Assembly: GCA_030704615.1 (NCBI GenBank) | Contig: CM060731.1 | Span: 58,776,001-58,840,000, forward strand | DNA from: Takakia lepidozioides | Lineage: Eukaryota; Plantae; Bryophyta | Direction of reading: 5' to 3' | Length of the DNA: 64,000 bases | Part shown: positions 37,661-50,297 of the stretch, piece by piece | Layout of the letters: every line of letters begins with the position of its first letter | How positions within the stretch are numbered: the stretch's first letter is position 1 | The notes under the pieces: generated by a model | Told to the model about the DNA's origin: nothing | Seen by the model: the letters and a program-made list of their open reading frames with translations, nothing else | Database searches by the model: none | Translations under genes and position numbers: made by a program

Positions 37661-40399
37661 TCACCAATAATCCCCACAAGAACAGACCCCGTCTTGGAAG
37701 TGATGAAAACGATTAGCATCCCGTACAACAACTGCTCGTCCAACAATCTTTGAGATTAACTTGGTGGCAGTGTGGCAGTCACCACACACCCGAAGGTTCT
37801 TGATGACATGGATAAGCGTCCCAGGGGCCGTGCTAATGATCCCAAAAGCAATGGTCAGCTTCTCACTGTGGTGGCAAAGAGAAGATTTCTTCTGCTCCTC
37901 ATCCACATCATGCAAAACAAATCGCATGTCAGGTGCGTACCCAGCCTTCTTCATCAGCCCAGTCAATTTCCTCAGCTCAGCATGGACTTCCTCAATTTGT
38001 GGATGTGATGTCTCGCCTGAAACAAAGGCATGCACCTCGTCATTGACCTCAATGAAGCTGAGCCCTGCTTCCTTTCTGACACCTCTGTCCTCCATCAATT
38101 TTCTCACCTTGGCTCTCTCCTCCCACTTGCCTGCTGCAGCATAGACATTTGACAGAAGAACATAAGCTGCAGGATCTTGTGGATTGCATTTTTTAATGCA
38201 TTTCGCAGCACGTTCTGCTAGCTCCACATTACCATAAATTCGGCAGGCACCAAGCAAGGATCCCCACACAGAAGCATCAGGTCCAATTGCCATTTGGTTA
38301 ATGAAGTTGTGTGCCTCGATTAGCCGTCCTGCACGGCCAAGAAGGTCCACCATGCAACCAACATGCTCCACTGCAGGTGAGATGCCATGATCTCGACTCA
38401 TGGTATCAAAGTAATGACGGCCTTCATCCACTAGGCCCGCATGGGTGCATGCAGAGAGAAGAGATACAAAGGTGACACCATCAGGCTTCAAGCCTTCTTG
38501 TTGCATTTGTCCAAATACTTGGACAGCCTCCCTACCACACCCATGTTGGGCATATCCTGCAATCATCGCACTCCATGAGACAACATCTCGTTGATCCATT
38601 CGGTCGAATACTTCCCGTGCATCCTTTATGCTCCCACATTTAGCATACATGTCAATAATGGCATTCTCCAAATTGATGTATGCTGCAATTCCATCTTTGA
38701 TGATGTCGCGGTGGACCTGCTTGCCCTTCTCCAGAGCTCCTACACTGGCACAAGCATTGAGTAGGCAAATAAAGGTGACCCTGTCTGGTGTCACCTTTTC
38801 CTGTTGCATTTGCTCGTAGACTTTGAGAGCCTCTCTACCCTGTCCATGCTGAGCATATCCCGCCATCATCGCATTCCATGAGACAACATCTCGTTTAGCC
38901 ATTTTGTCAAACACTTGACGTGCATCCATCACACTACCACATTTGGCATACATGTCCACAAGGGTATTGTCCAATTTAATATACGCCGCAACTCCAGACT
39001 TGATGATGTCAGCATGGACCTGCTTGCCCTTTTCCAGGTCTCCAAGGCTGGTGCATGCACTGAGGACACAAATAAATGTGACCTCGTCCGGAGTCACCCC
39101 TTCCGATTGCATTTGCTCATAGATTTTCAGTGCCTCTTCACCATGCCCCTTCTGAGAATACCCTGCAATCATTGCATTCCAAGAAACCACATCCCGTTTG
39201 ACCATTTTGTCGAACACCTCACGTGCATCTGTCACACTCCTGCATCTGGCACACAAATTGAGGATGCTGGTATAGGTGACCATGTCAGGAGTGACCCTTT
39301 CCAGTTGCATTTGGTCATAGAGTTTGAGAGCCTCTTCACCATGCCCATGCTGAGCATATCCGGCTATCATTGCATTCCATGAGACCACATCCCGTTTGGC
39401 CATTTTGTTGAACACTTGATGTGCATATTTTATACTCCCACATTTCGCATACATGTGAACTAAAGTATTTTCCAGAATAACATCTGAGGTTATTCCAGCC
39501 TTGGCAATGTCATCATGGACCTGCTTGCCCTTTTCCAGGGCACCTGTCCTGGCACAAACATTGAGGACCGTCGAGTAAGTCACCCTGTCGGGCATTACCC
39601 CTTCCCTATGCATTTGCTCGTACGTTTGGATAGCGTTTTCATCATGCCCGTTTTGAGCATATCCTGCAATTATTGCATTCCATGAGACCACATCTCGTTT
39701 CGCCATGTTCTCAAACACTTGCTGTGCATCCTTTACACTCCCACATTTGGAATACGTGTCAACAAGGGTATTCTCTAGATTGATGTATGATGCAATACCA
39801 GCATCGATGATGTCAGCATGCACTTGCTTGCTCTTTTCAAGGGCTCTTAAGCTGCCACATGCATTGAGAACACAAATGAATGTGACCCTGTCAGGGGTCA
39901 CCCCTTCCTTTTTCATTTGCTCATAGATATTCAAAGCCTCTGAAGAACGCCCATGCTTGGCATATCCTGCCATAATCACTGTCCATGTGAATGTATCTCG
40001 TTGAGGCATTTCCTGAAACACTTGTCGTGCATGCGCCATGCTCCCACACTTGGCATACATGTTGACAAGGTTGTTGAGTACAAAGACATTTGGCTTGAAT
40101 TCACTTTGGATAAGGTGGGCATGCACCTGCTTTCCTTCTGCAAGGGCTTTCATGTTAATGCACCCCTGCAGGAGAGAGATATAAGTAATGGAGTCTGCTT
40201 GAAGGCCTTGTTGGTATAACATATGCAGCGCCTCTTTCAGTCTTCCCTCCTTACACAATGTTCTCACATCCCCACACAATTTGATATTGCCGACTCCCAC
40301 TCTCGGCTCTCTTCTCAAAGTAGTGGTGGCTGTGGATGTACCACCTACGCCGCCACTCCACTGTCCTACAGACATCTGTTCCTGATTCAACCCTGCCAT
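37661..40399 (-). CDS. PLS-class PPR protein with E/E+ and DYW deaminase domain (organellar C-to-U editing factor), 912 aa
   Basis: P-L-S repeats, AAYVLLSNVY, HSEKL, CGDCH, terminal DYW; uninterrupted ORF. Confidence 0.96.
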   Translation of the reverse strand: MAGLNQEQMSVGQWSGGVGGTSTATTTLRREPRVGVGNIKLCGDVRTLCKEGRLKEALHMLYQQGLQADSITYISLLQGCINMKALAEGKQVHAHLIQSEFKPNVFVLNNLVNMYAKCGSMAHARQVFQEMPQRDTFTWTVIMAGYAKHGRSSEALNIYEQMKKEGVTPDRVTFICVLNACGSLRALEKSKQVHADIIDAGIASYINLENTLVDTYSKCGSVKDAQQVFENMAKRDVVSWNAIIAGYAQNGHDENAIQTYEQMHREGVMPDRVTYSTVLNVCARTGALEKGKQVHDDIAKAGITSDVILENTLVHMYAKCGSIKYAHQVFNKMAKRDVVSWNAMIAGYAQHGHGEEALKLYDQMQLERVTPDMVTYTSILNLCARCRSVTDAREVFDKMVKRDVVSWNAMIAGYSQKGHGEEALKIYEQMQSEGVTPDEVTFICVLSACTSLGDLEKGKQVHADIIKSGVAAYIKLDNTLVDMYAKCGSVMDARQVFDKMAKRDVVSWNAMMAGYAQHGQGREALKVYEQMQQEKVTPDRVTFICLLNACASVGALEKGKQVHRDIIKDGIAAYINLENAIIDMYAKCGSIKDAREVFDRMDQRDVVSWSAMIAGYAQHGCGREAVQVFGQMQQEGLKPDGVTFVSLLSACTHAGLVDEGRHYFDTMSRDHGISPAVEHVGCMVDLLGRAGRLIEAHNFINQMAIGPDASVWGSLLGACRIYGNVELAERAAKCIKKCNPQDPAAYVLLSNVYAAAGKWEERAKVRKLMEDRGVRKEAGLSFIEVNDEVHAFVSGETSHPQIEEVHAELRKLTGLMKKAGYAPDMRFVLHDVDEEQKKSSLCHHSEKLTIAFGIISTAPGTLIHVIKNLRVCGDCHTATKLISKIVGRAVVVRDANRFHHFQDGVCSCGDYW

Positions 40400-40644
40400 C
40401 CTGCCTGACTCAAAACTCTAGTTACAATTTTTGAATCCAAACCTCTCAAAGCTTCTAGATACTTGAATAAACCTCATAGAGATACAGCAACATTGCGGTC
40501 ATCTCCAATGGATCTTAACCATGGCACCTGGATCTACCCAAAGTTGGATCCTTTGAATCAGAATTCACGGAACAATACCCGCTATGGAGATCTGTGTTGC
40601 AATATACATATTGGAGGCATTACCAGATTGTGCTTGACCTGCTG

Positions 40645-41110
40645 CTATGGTGGCTAGCTCTGCTTTCACCCAAGGCAGGTTAATTTGCTGCCCCGACCAC
40701 ATGGCATCCCCAGTACGCTTATCTCCGAGCTCCAAATTCTGCAAAAACAGTTGAGTGGCCACAGCTTCACATGACTCTACTACGATGACTAGCCTACAAC
40801 CATCCAAACTCCAAAGCATCTTCCAAATTGAACGAAACCCTTCTGTAGAAGCAACTTTGCTAACCTCTAAAAGCAAGAGCAACTAATGGAAGTTCTAGCC
40901 CTATATTGGGAAGACCAAAATTGTATTTATCTAAGAAGTGGAAACACAATTTAGTCTCATATTCATGCCACCTTCAATCAAAAGCACTGCTTGACAGCCT
41001 CGTCCATATCTTGAATGAGGATAGCCTCACCTTGACAAACCAATTGTCACACAATAGTGCATGATCTGGGAAGAACTCCTGCCAGAGTCGCTCTATGCTC
41101 ATCGGTTGGC
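40645..41110 (-). pseudogene. Decayed PDF-motif exon pair upstream of the PPR ORF
   Basis: 41110-41031 ERLWQEFFPDHALLCDNWFVK|GTGAG; from 40738 ..DKRTGDAMW..NLPWVKAELA. Confidence 0.65.
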
Positions 41111-43242
41111 CTGCGCACCACAACCCAACACCTAAGCTCCAGCACTGGTGTAGGTATGGGCAACAACTCTGCAACTTACTGTGGGTTCTTTCTCTGATCC
41201 ACACATACAATAAAGACAATCCCAAAACCAGCCAGTTGTTGATCACAATAGAGAAACTCAACACACCTATGATTTCAGGAAGGCTCAATCGTCTGATGCT
41301 GGAACAGTCCGATAAGAAAGGTTTCTAGATATACATCCATCTTTAATATTTTGTTTGGCAGCATCTGCCACCCTATGGAATCTTCAAGACTTGTAATTCC
41401 ATCCATTATGAGTAAACACGCAAAGCCCCTTGAGCCCCCATCTCATCATGAATCATGCATGGGTGCAATGTATATCTGTTCATCGCCTTCATACGGTGTG
41501 TGCGTGTGTTAAAAAAAACAGTAATCATGTCTCTCTCTTTTCAACTTTGAGTGACAGAGAGAGTACTCACGAGACTTTGCTTGCCGTAGCCTTGTGGCCA
41601 TACAGCCCGCGCCCAGTTTGGTCGGAAAGGGGGGCTCACCCCAGTAGTGCGACTTACCTTGTTTTAAACAAGGGAGAGAGGGAGTGAGAGAGAGAGTCTT
41701 TGGTAGTGGCGCTAGCTAAAGATTCCATTATCCAGGGACTTAGAACAAGCTGGATCATTGGGATTCTCAGCACGGAATCATTGTGGAAGAGCGTTGCATT
41801 GGTAGCAGCATAATTGTCGTACTTTGTCAGTTGCTGTCTCCCTGGTGGTATTATGTAAAGTGCAGATGCCTTAGCATTCGGGACTCCGAAACGTCAAATC
41901 ACCTCCTTGCCGCCAAGTGTAGTGTCTTGGCTTGTACTGTCTGCCACGGCATGTCTCCTCAGAAAGATTTTTGGGGTCTTGGGAAGGCTGGAATTGAAAT
42001 CTACACCATTACCAGGTTGAAGCGCACAGGAAAATGACTGAGCTGTGAATTTCATTTCTCCACCAACAATGCCCAATAATGCGTTGAGCTTCAGAAGCAA
42101 AAGTTTTGCATCTGAGAACTTCAGTGTCTTTTGAGTGGGTGCTTACCAGCAGTTCCTGGAGACGATTCTGACGAAGATGATCGAGCCACAAGTTCCTCTA
42201 CAGTCCTCCTGGGACCGTCCTGTGAACATCTTCCACCAACAGGGGTGTGTCCGCTAGTGCACAGTTTCGAGCCTGCATTGCTCCTGCGCAGCGCACACGT
42301 GACCATGGCGATGGCTTCTGCGCTTGCCGATTTTCGTGTGTCAGGAGGCTGGCTCGCATGCAGATGACAGGGTGATCATTGCCAATTTCGCTATGTGATG
42401 GGAGCTGGCAGAGCACAGCACAGGTGATCATGGATCTCTTTCTGCTCCAAAGATGCTACCTACATCTCTCTATCGCATGAATGCTCGCAAACTACTCAAC
42501 AACTTCACCGCACCGATTTTTCCAGCCAGATGCTCGTCAGCCATAAATTTTTCCGAGTTCAGGCGATCCCTTTGAGGGTGCCTACAAGAGGTTTTGCCGC
42601 AGGGGAACAATGCTCAAACTTTGAGAGCTATGAGAAGAACCTTGAAGTTTGGCCAGTGGCAGAGGATCGAGGTACTGAGTGAATATAGTTACAAGGAAGC
42701 TTCAACTTTCATCTTAAGCCACAAAGCTTTGCCTCCATAGATGTACAAGATGCAACACCACTGGACTGTCTGAAGGTTGCCACAACAAGGCACAGGCAGC
42801 AAGCCAGTCAACCCATCCCTCTCAGCTGTCACAGTTGGATCCATGCTTGATGCCTTAGTGTACACAAGGGATACCATTAAGTAATGCCAAGGTGTTCGGC
42901 AAGCAAGGTGATACGTTATCCCTTCCTCCACATACCAACCTGCTAGCTAGTAGTTAGATGTGACCATTGGTTTCCACGTTCAATCTCTCCTTTCTCGATT
43001 CTTTCTTTTAAAACCTAATATGCATGTACGCTTGTCCTTGCAATCTGTGGAGAACTATGCAATAAGGTTTTCCATGACTCACTGCTGCTGTTTGATAGTC
43101 ATACGAATTGTAATCATCACAGCTCACCCAATTGGTTCACAACAGTTGTTCGAGTCCAAATCTAGTCTTCTCTTATACACACAAACAACCCATTATAATC
43201 CACCATTGACATTTGAAGCAACACATTCCATTGTGTCTTCAT

Positions 43243-45936
43243 TCACCAATAATCCCACAAGAACGAACACCATCTTAGAAGTGGTGAAAGCAGCCCGCAT
43301 CTTGTACAACAAATACTCGGCCTGTAATCATGCCTTGATGGCAGTGTGGCAGTCACCGCATGCCTGAAGACTCTCGTTTCCTTGGATAAGCGTCCCAGGG
43401 CAGTACTGATGAGCCCCACAGTAATGGACAGCTTCTCGCTGTGGTGGCGAAGAGGAAATTCCCTCTGCTCCTCCACATGATGCAACACACAGCCAGTGTC
43501 ACATACGTACCCAGCCGAAGTGGTGAAAGCAGCCGGCATCTTGTACACCAAATACTCGCCCTGTAATCCTTGACATGAACTTGATGGCAGTGTGGCAGTC
43601 ACCACATGCCTCGTTTCCTTGGATAAGCATCCCAGGGGCAGTACTGATGAGCCCCACAGTAATGGACAGCTTCTCACTGTGGTGGCGAGGAGAAATTCCC
43701 TCTGCTCCTCCACATGATGCAACACAGCCAGTGTCACATCCGTACCCAGCCTCCTTTGTCAGCTCACACAATTTCTCCAGCTCAGCATGGATTTCCTCAA
43801 TTTGTGGAGGCAACTTGTCCTGAAGAAAGGCATGCACCTGGTTGCTGACCTCAATGCAGCTGTGGTCTGCCTCCTTTCTTACACCTCTGTCCTCCATGCT
43901 CAATTCTGTGGATCTCACTTGAATATGGATTTTGCAGTGCGCTCTGCCACCTCCACATGGCGATGAATTCTGCAGGCACCAAGCAACGCCCCCCACACAG
44001 AAGCATCTGGTTTGATTGGCATCCTATTTATGAGGTCCTCTGCCTCATCAAATTGCCCTGCACGGCCAAGAATGTCTACCATGCAGCCAAAATGCTCCAG
44101 TGTAGGTGTGACACCATAAGCTTGACTCATCAATTCAAAGTAGTGATGCCCTTCATTCAAAAGGCCCACATGTCTGCACGCAGAGATAACAGAAGTAAAA
44201 GTAATACCATCGGGCTCAAAGCCTTCCTGTTGCATTTGTCTAAAAAGTTGGAGGGCCTCACTACTGCACCCGTGCTGAGCATATCCTGCAATCATCACAT
44301 TCCACGACACCAGATCTCGCTGAGCCATTTCGTCAAACACTTGACGGGCATTTGCAATGCTCCCAGATTTAGCATACATGTCAACAAGGGCCGTTTCCAA
44401 AATAATGTCTGACGGTATTCCAACTCTAATGATGTCAGCATGGATCTGCTTGCCCTTTTCCAGGGCTCCTTGGATTGCACACGCATTGAGAATGCAAATG
44501 AACGTGACCCTGTTGGGCGTCACTCCTTCGCATTGCAGTTGTTCATAGATGTTGAGAGCCTCTTCACCATGCCCATGCTGAGCATAGGCTGCAATCATTG
44601 CATTCCATGACACCATATCTCGTTTGGTCATATTGTCAAACACTTGACGCGCATCTGTTACACTCCCACATTTGGCATACATGCTAACAAGCGTATTCTC
44701 AAGATTAATGAACAGTGCAATTCCAGCTTTGAGGATGTCAGCATGGACCCACTTGCCATTTTCCAGGACTCCGAGGCTGCCACAAGCATTGAGAACGCAA
44801 ATGAATGTGACCCTATTGGGTCTCACACCTTCCCGTTGCATTTGTTCATACATTTTAAGAGCCTCTTCACCTTGCCCATGCTCAGCATATCCTGCAATCA
44901 TTGCACTCCAGGAGATCACATCTCGTCTGACCATTTTGTTAAGCACTCTGTGCGCGTCCTTCATGCTCCCACATTTAGCATACATGTGGACTAGAGTATT
45001 TTCCAGAATAATGTCTGGTGCAATTTCAAATTTAATGATGTTGCTATGGACCTGCTTGCCCTTTACCAGGGCTCCTAAGCTGGCACACGAATTGAGAACA
45101 TTAGTGTATGTGACCCTGTTGGGTGCCACACCTTCCTCCTGCATTTGCTCATACATTTTGATAGCCTCCTCTGGAAATCCACACAGGGAATATCCTGCAA
45201 TCATCACATTCCATGAGACCACATCTCGTACAACCATATTGTTGAACACTTGATGTGCACTTTCAATCCTCCCACATTGGGCATACATGTCAACAAGGGT
45301 ATTGTTCAATATAACGTCTAAGACAATTCCAGCTTTGATGAGGTCGGCATGGACCCGTGTGCCCTTTTCTAGGGATCCCAGGCTGCCACACAAACTGAGA
45401 ACTGTGGTATATGTGACTTTGTCAGGCATCGACCCTTCCCATTGCATTTGCTCATAGATTTTGAAAACATCTTCAGCATGCCCATGCTTGGCATATCCTG
45501 CAACCATCACATTCCATGAGACCACATCTCGCGTGGCCATATCGTCAAAAACCAGACGGGCATCCTTTAAGCTCCCACATTTGGCATACATGTTGACAAG
45601 CGTGTTCAATACAAAGACGTCTGGCTTTGATTCTCTTTCGATGAGGTGGGCATGCACTTGCTTTCCTTCTGGCAGGGATTTCTTGTTAATGCACCACTGC
45701 AAGAGACACACATATGTGTTAGAGTCAGCCTGTACACCTCGGTGGTCCAAAAGGTGCAGCGCCTCCTTCAATTTCCCCGCCTTACACAGCATCCTAACAT
45801 GCCCACAGGTCTCCCACATAATTTTCTTGCCTCCAACTCTTAGCCCTCTTTTCAAAATGGTGATGATGGTGGAGCTGCATCCCAACCTGGCAGTTTGATG
45901 TCCGACAAGCATTTGTCCCCGATTCAACCCTGCCAT
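43243..45936 (-). pseudogene. PLS-PPR gene truncated in the E domain; frameshifted DYW region with a ~240-bp tandem duplication
   Basis: 673-aa PLS ORF 43915-45936 lacks AAYVLLSN; HSEKL and CGDCH-like pieces occur twice; terminal WDYW at 43243. Confidence 0.9.
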
Positions 45937-46199
45937 CCTGCATAACTAACAGCTCCGAGTTACAAAAAATGTCTCGAAGCTTCTAGCGATTTTCACAGAA
46001 AGATATCGTGAGGGCAGGCTTCCAACTGAATTTTGAGAGGGTTACAACGATATTGCAATCATCTCTGTCAGACTAAACGGTTCAACATACTCGCAGTTGA
46101 AATCTGTGCATTGGCATCCAAAAACAATACCTGAGGTACTCTTGGTGTCCATGCTGAAAATCATCCAAATTAGACTCATCACCAGACTGTGCTAGTCGT

Positions 46200-46666
46200 T
46201 CCGTCGTAACTGCTAGCTCTGCTTTCACCCCAAGGAGGATTCAACCAACTCTTCATACATAACGCCTCTTTTGTAAGCTTGTGCTTGACGTCCATGTATT
46301 TTCAAATCTTCTGTGACGAGACCGGCGCGCAGCTGAGCAGCCCTAGCTTAACACAAACGTGAGATCAGCGATGGATAGTCAGGCTACAACCAGCAAAGAT
46401 CCAAAGTATCTTTCAAATCAGAGGGCACTTGACAACTTTGAAAAAGAAAAACAACCTCCCGATACAGACAGTAACAATCGAAGCTCCTTCTGACAAAGTG
46501 CAAGAGTGTCATATATCGAAGAAACTCTAATTCCAATGAAACACATTTATGCGACAATCAGTCAAGACACCTTGAGAACAGACTCACCTCCCCAGACCTG
46601 TTGTCCACCACAGTGAAGGATCTGAGAAGAACTCCTGCCGTAGCAGTTCTATGCTCGCTCCTTGGC
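46200..46666 (-). pseudogene. Decayed PDF-motif exon pair upstream of the PPR ORF
   Basis: 46666-46588 ELLRQEFFSDPSLWW..|GTGAG; from 46310 KI*KYMDVKHKLTKEALCMKSWLNPPW/VKAELA. Confidence 0.7.
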
Positions 46667-47274
46667 CTGCATGCCAGAAAGTACCAGAACACAACATCTT
46701 TTCCAGCTTCCGCTTGTCTCCCACTTGATTGACATTGTCCGTGTGGGCGTTGGAAAACATGTCTGCAACTGACTCCGGGGCTTTTTCTGTCTCGTGCGCA
46801 AGATGAAAAATCGCTTCAACTTCGACCAAGAGCTCCTTCAAAGCAGAAGATTCCCGCAGACCGATGCTCAGCCCGCTCTGTCTGCGGCCAACGACCAGAC
46901 AAAGTTGTCTATCAAATTCACACGTGTGAATGCTAGAAACGCAGAGGCTTGTTTCACTTCGGCTTTCGAGTAAAGGCCCTGTGGGATTCAAGCTCCGTAA
47001 CAACATCTTAGCAAGCACAACAGCAGCACTTCTCCGAATTCCACGGGGACAAATGGTGATAGGTGCGCTGCGTCGGAGACATGCAGGCTCAAAAATGTCC
47101 ATGACCTACACCAACAGACATGCTCAATTGGGTCGAAGAATCTCACGGAAGGGTCAGACCAGGGTTGCAGAGGAACTTAAGCGTGACCGCTACAGTTGTC
47201 TGATCACAGCAGCTCCTTCGGAATCTTACGTAATTTCCGGTATATATCTGTTGCATTTCTTCATTGCATGTTTG

Positions 47275-47277
<3 letters not shown>

Positions 47278-47322
<45 letters not shown>
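47278..47322. repeat. (GA)n microsatellite between divergent PPR genes
   Basis: About 22 GA units. Confidence 0.95.
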
Positions 47323-47325
<3 letters not shown>

Positions 47326-47401
47326 TGTGGAAACTCACACTAACATTCTAATCAGAATCAGGAAGATATGGGGTAAATATACCCGCTGTTCTGGCACGCA
47401 G

Positions 47402-47880
47402 ACCAACCCTTGAGAGTAAAACAGCTCTGGAAGGTTTTTCTCTCAGATCTTTCACGGTGGTGGGACAACAGGTTTTTGAAGGTTATGCTATATGAAGAGT
47501 TTGTGAGGGATAGATATCCAGTGAAGGAGGCATGAGTACCTTCTGTGGACTGGATTCATTTTCTTAGATAAATGACAATCTTGCTGTCTGCTCTGATGCA
47601 TTCATAAATTTGGTGTCTTCTGTTGATATCAGTAGGTTGTCCTTTCTGGCTCGTTGGGCTACTTCATTATTTCCAAATATGCTAGGGAACTTAGGGGTTG
47701 TTGCCTGGCTTATTTGGCTCTCATCATTCTGCTGTGTATGCTTGAAGCTATGGCTGCTCAGCTGCACACTGGTTGTTCTGCAGCAGAATTCAGAATATGG
47801 AACGTCAAATATAAATGTATACAGGACGCCCTATGGATGGAGAGTGGTTGGAACCCTCCTTTGGTGGAAGCGCCATTGGC
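47402..47880 (+). pseudogene. Decayed PDF-motif exon pair upstream of the PPR ORF
   Basis: 47402-47481 QLWKVFLSDLSRWWDNRFLK|GT; from 47784 QNSEY/NVKYKCIQDALWMESGWNPPLVEAPLA (1-nt frameshift). Confidence 0.72.
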
Positions 47881-48080
47881 CACAATGATGCAAGGTCGAG
47901 CAAACTCCTGTCATAGTTCTGATTTCCACATACAGCATGAATTTGCAGGGCCGAGAATACAGTACTATTTTATGAGTCAAAGCTCTCAGCTTGAATTAGA
48001 TTTAATTGCCAGTGTAATGTTAAGAGCTTCGAGATATTTTGAACAAACGTTTTGTAATTAAGAGTTTTGAGTCACACAGG

Positions 48081-50297
48081 ATGGCAGGGCTGAATCAGGG
48101 ACATACGTTTGTTTGTCATCGGACTGGCAGCCGGACTACCTCCATGAGAAGAGAGGGAGTCCACAAGATCACATCTGGCACTCTTGATTATGTTAGGAGA
48201 TTGTGTAAGGAGGGAAGACTGAAAGAGGCGCTGCAAATTTTGAAACAAGACGGCCTTCAGGCAGACCCCAGTACGTATGTCTGTCTCTTGCAGGGTTGCA
48301 TCACGCAAAATGCTCTGGCTGAGGGAAAGCAGGTGCATACCCACATTGTTCAAAATGAATCCACACCAAACATCTTTGTGGTTAACAATCTTGTCAACAT
48401 GTATATCAAGTGTGGGAGCATGGTGGATGCACGGCAAGTGTTTGAGGAGGTGCCTCAACGAGATGTATTCACATGGACTATGCTGATGGCAGGATATGCC
48501 AAGCATGGTCAAGCTGAGGAGGCTTTCAAACTCTATACGCGGATGCAACAGGAAGGGGTGATGCCTAATCGGGTCACATATGTTTGTGTTCTGAATGCAT
48601 GTGCCAGTCTTGGAGCCCTGGAAAAGGCAAAGCAGGTGCATGCGGACATCATCGAAGCCAGGATTGCACCATACATTATTTTGGAGACAACCTTAGTTGA
48701 CACATACGCCAAATGCGGGGCTTTGGAGGATGCACATCAAGTTTTTGACAAGATGGCCAAACGAGATGTGGTTTCATGGAATGTGATGATCTCAGGATAT
48801 GCTCAGCAGGGGCATGGTGAGGGTGCTCTCAAAATATTGGAGGATATGCAACGAAATGGGGTGACACCCAACAGAGTTACATTCATATGCATTCTCCATG
48901 CTTGTGCCAGTTTAGGAACCCTAGCAAAGGGCAAGCAGGTCCATACCTACATTATCAAAGCTGGTCTTTTACCGGACAATATTTTGGAAAATTCCCTTGT
49001 TGACATGTATGCCAAATGTGGGAGCATTAAGGATGCGTGCCAAGTATTTGACAAAATGGCTAAGCGAGATGTAGTCTCGTGGAATGCTATGATTGCAGGA
49101 TATGCTCAGCATGGGCATGGTAAGGAGGCTCTCAAAATCTATGACCAAATGCAACAGGACGGGGTGATGCCGGATAGGGTAACTTTCATTTGCTTTCTCA
49201 ATGTGTGTGCCAGCCTAGGAGCCCTGGAAAACGGCAAGCGGCTCCATGCTGACATCATTAAAGCTGGGATTGCGTCGTACCTTTTTTTGGAGACAACCCT
49301 TGTTGACATGTATGCCAAGTGCGGGAGCGTGAAGGATGCACTTGAAGTGTTTAACAAGATGGCAAGACGAGATGTGGTCTCATGGAATGCAATGATTGCA
49401 GGATACGCTCAGCATGGGTGTGGCAAGGACACCCTCCAAGTATTTGAACAAATGCAGCAAGAAGGCTTGGAGCCGGATGATATCACCTTCACTTCTGTTC
49501 TCTCTGCATGCAGCCATGTGGGCCTGGTGGATGAGGGTCGTTACTACTTCAATTCTATGTGCCAAGATTATTGCCTTACACCTACATTGGAGCATTTTGT
49601 CTGCATGGTTGACCTTCTTGGCCGTGCAGGGCGATTGGAGGAGGCAGAAAACTTCATTATGAAAATGTCTATTGAACCAAGTGCTTCAGTTTGGGGGGCC
49701 TTGCTTGGTGCCAGCAGAATTCATGGCGATTTGGAGGCAGCAGAGCGTGCCACAAAGTGCATCGTCAAGTTGGAGCCACAGGATGCTGCTGCCTATGTGC
49801 TGCCATCGAACATTTATGCTGCAGCTGGCAGGTGGGACGAAAAAGCAAAGGTGAGAAATATGATGGAGGACAGAGGTGTCAAAAAGGAGCCAGGCCGCAG
49901 CTGCATTGAGGTCAACAACCAGTTGCATGCATTTGTGGTAGAGGACAAATCACATCCACAAATTGAGCAAATCCATGGTGAGCTGGAGAGATTGTCTGAG
50001 CAGATGAAGGAAGCGGGGTACAGTCCTGACACTCGCTTTGTATTGCATGATGTGGAGGAGGAGCAGAGGGAAATTTCTGTGTGCTACCACAGTGAGAAGC
50101 TGGCCATTGCTTTTGGCCTCATCAGCATACCCTCAGATATGCCTATCCGAGTCTTTAAGAACCTTAGGGTGTGCGGTGACTGCCACACTGCCACGAAGTT
50201 TATCTCAAAGATTACTGGGCGCACAATAGTCGTAAGGGATGCCCACCGCTTTCACCACTTTCAAGATGGGGTTTGTTCTTGCGGGGATTATTGGTGA
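48081..50297 (+). CDS. PLS-class PPR protein with E/E+ and DYW:PG-type domain
   Basis: Start MAGLNQ shared with the two paralogs; [22 protein letters not shown], terminal DYW. Confidence 0.96.
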   Translation: MAGLNQGHTFVCHRTGSRTTSMRREGVHKITSGTLDYVRRLCKEGRLKEALQILKQDGLQADPSTYVCLLQGCITQNALAEGKQVHTHIVQNESTPNIFVVNNLVNMYIKCGSMVDARQVFEEVPQRDVFTWTMLMAGYAKHGQAEEAFKLYTRMQQEGVMPNRVTYVCVLNACASLGALEKAKQVHADIIEARIAPYIILETTLVDTYAKCGALEDAHQVFDKMAKRDVVSWNVMISGYAQQGHGEGALKILEDMQRNGVTPNRVTFICILHACASLGTLAKGKQVHTYIIKAGLLPDNILENSLVDMYAKCGSIKDACQVFDKMAKRDVVSWNAMIAGYAQHGHGKEALKIYDQMQQDGVMPDRVTFICFLNVCASLGALENGKRLHADIIKAGIASYLFLETTLVDMYAKCGSVKDALEVFNKMARRDVVSWNAMIAGYAQHGCGKDTLQVFEQMQQEGLEPDDITFTSVLSACSHVGLVDEGRYYFNSMCQDYCLTPTLEHFVCMVDLLGRAGRLEEAENFIMKMSIEPSASVWGALLGASRIHGDLEAAERATKCIVKLEPQDAAAYVLPSNIYAAAGRWDEKAKVRNMMEDRGVKKEPGRSCIEVNNQLHAFVVEDKSHPQIEQIHGELERLSEQMKEAGYSPDTRFVLHDVEEEQREISVCYHSEKLAIAFGLISIPSDMPIRVFKNLRVCGDCHTATKFISKITGRTIVVRDAHRFHHFQDGVCSCGDYW

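Noticed and set aside
37661-50297. U-to-C (DYW:KP) editing factors
   Set aside because: HSEK, CxDCH and terminal DYW match the canonical C-to-U type.
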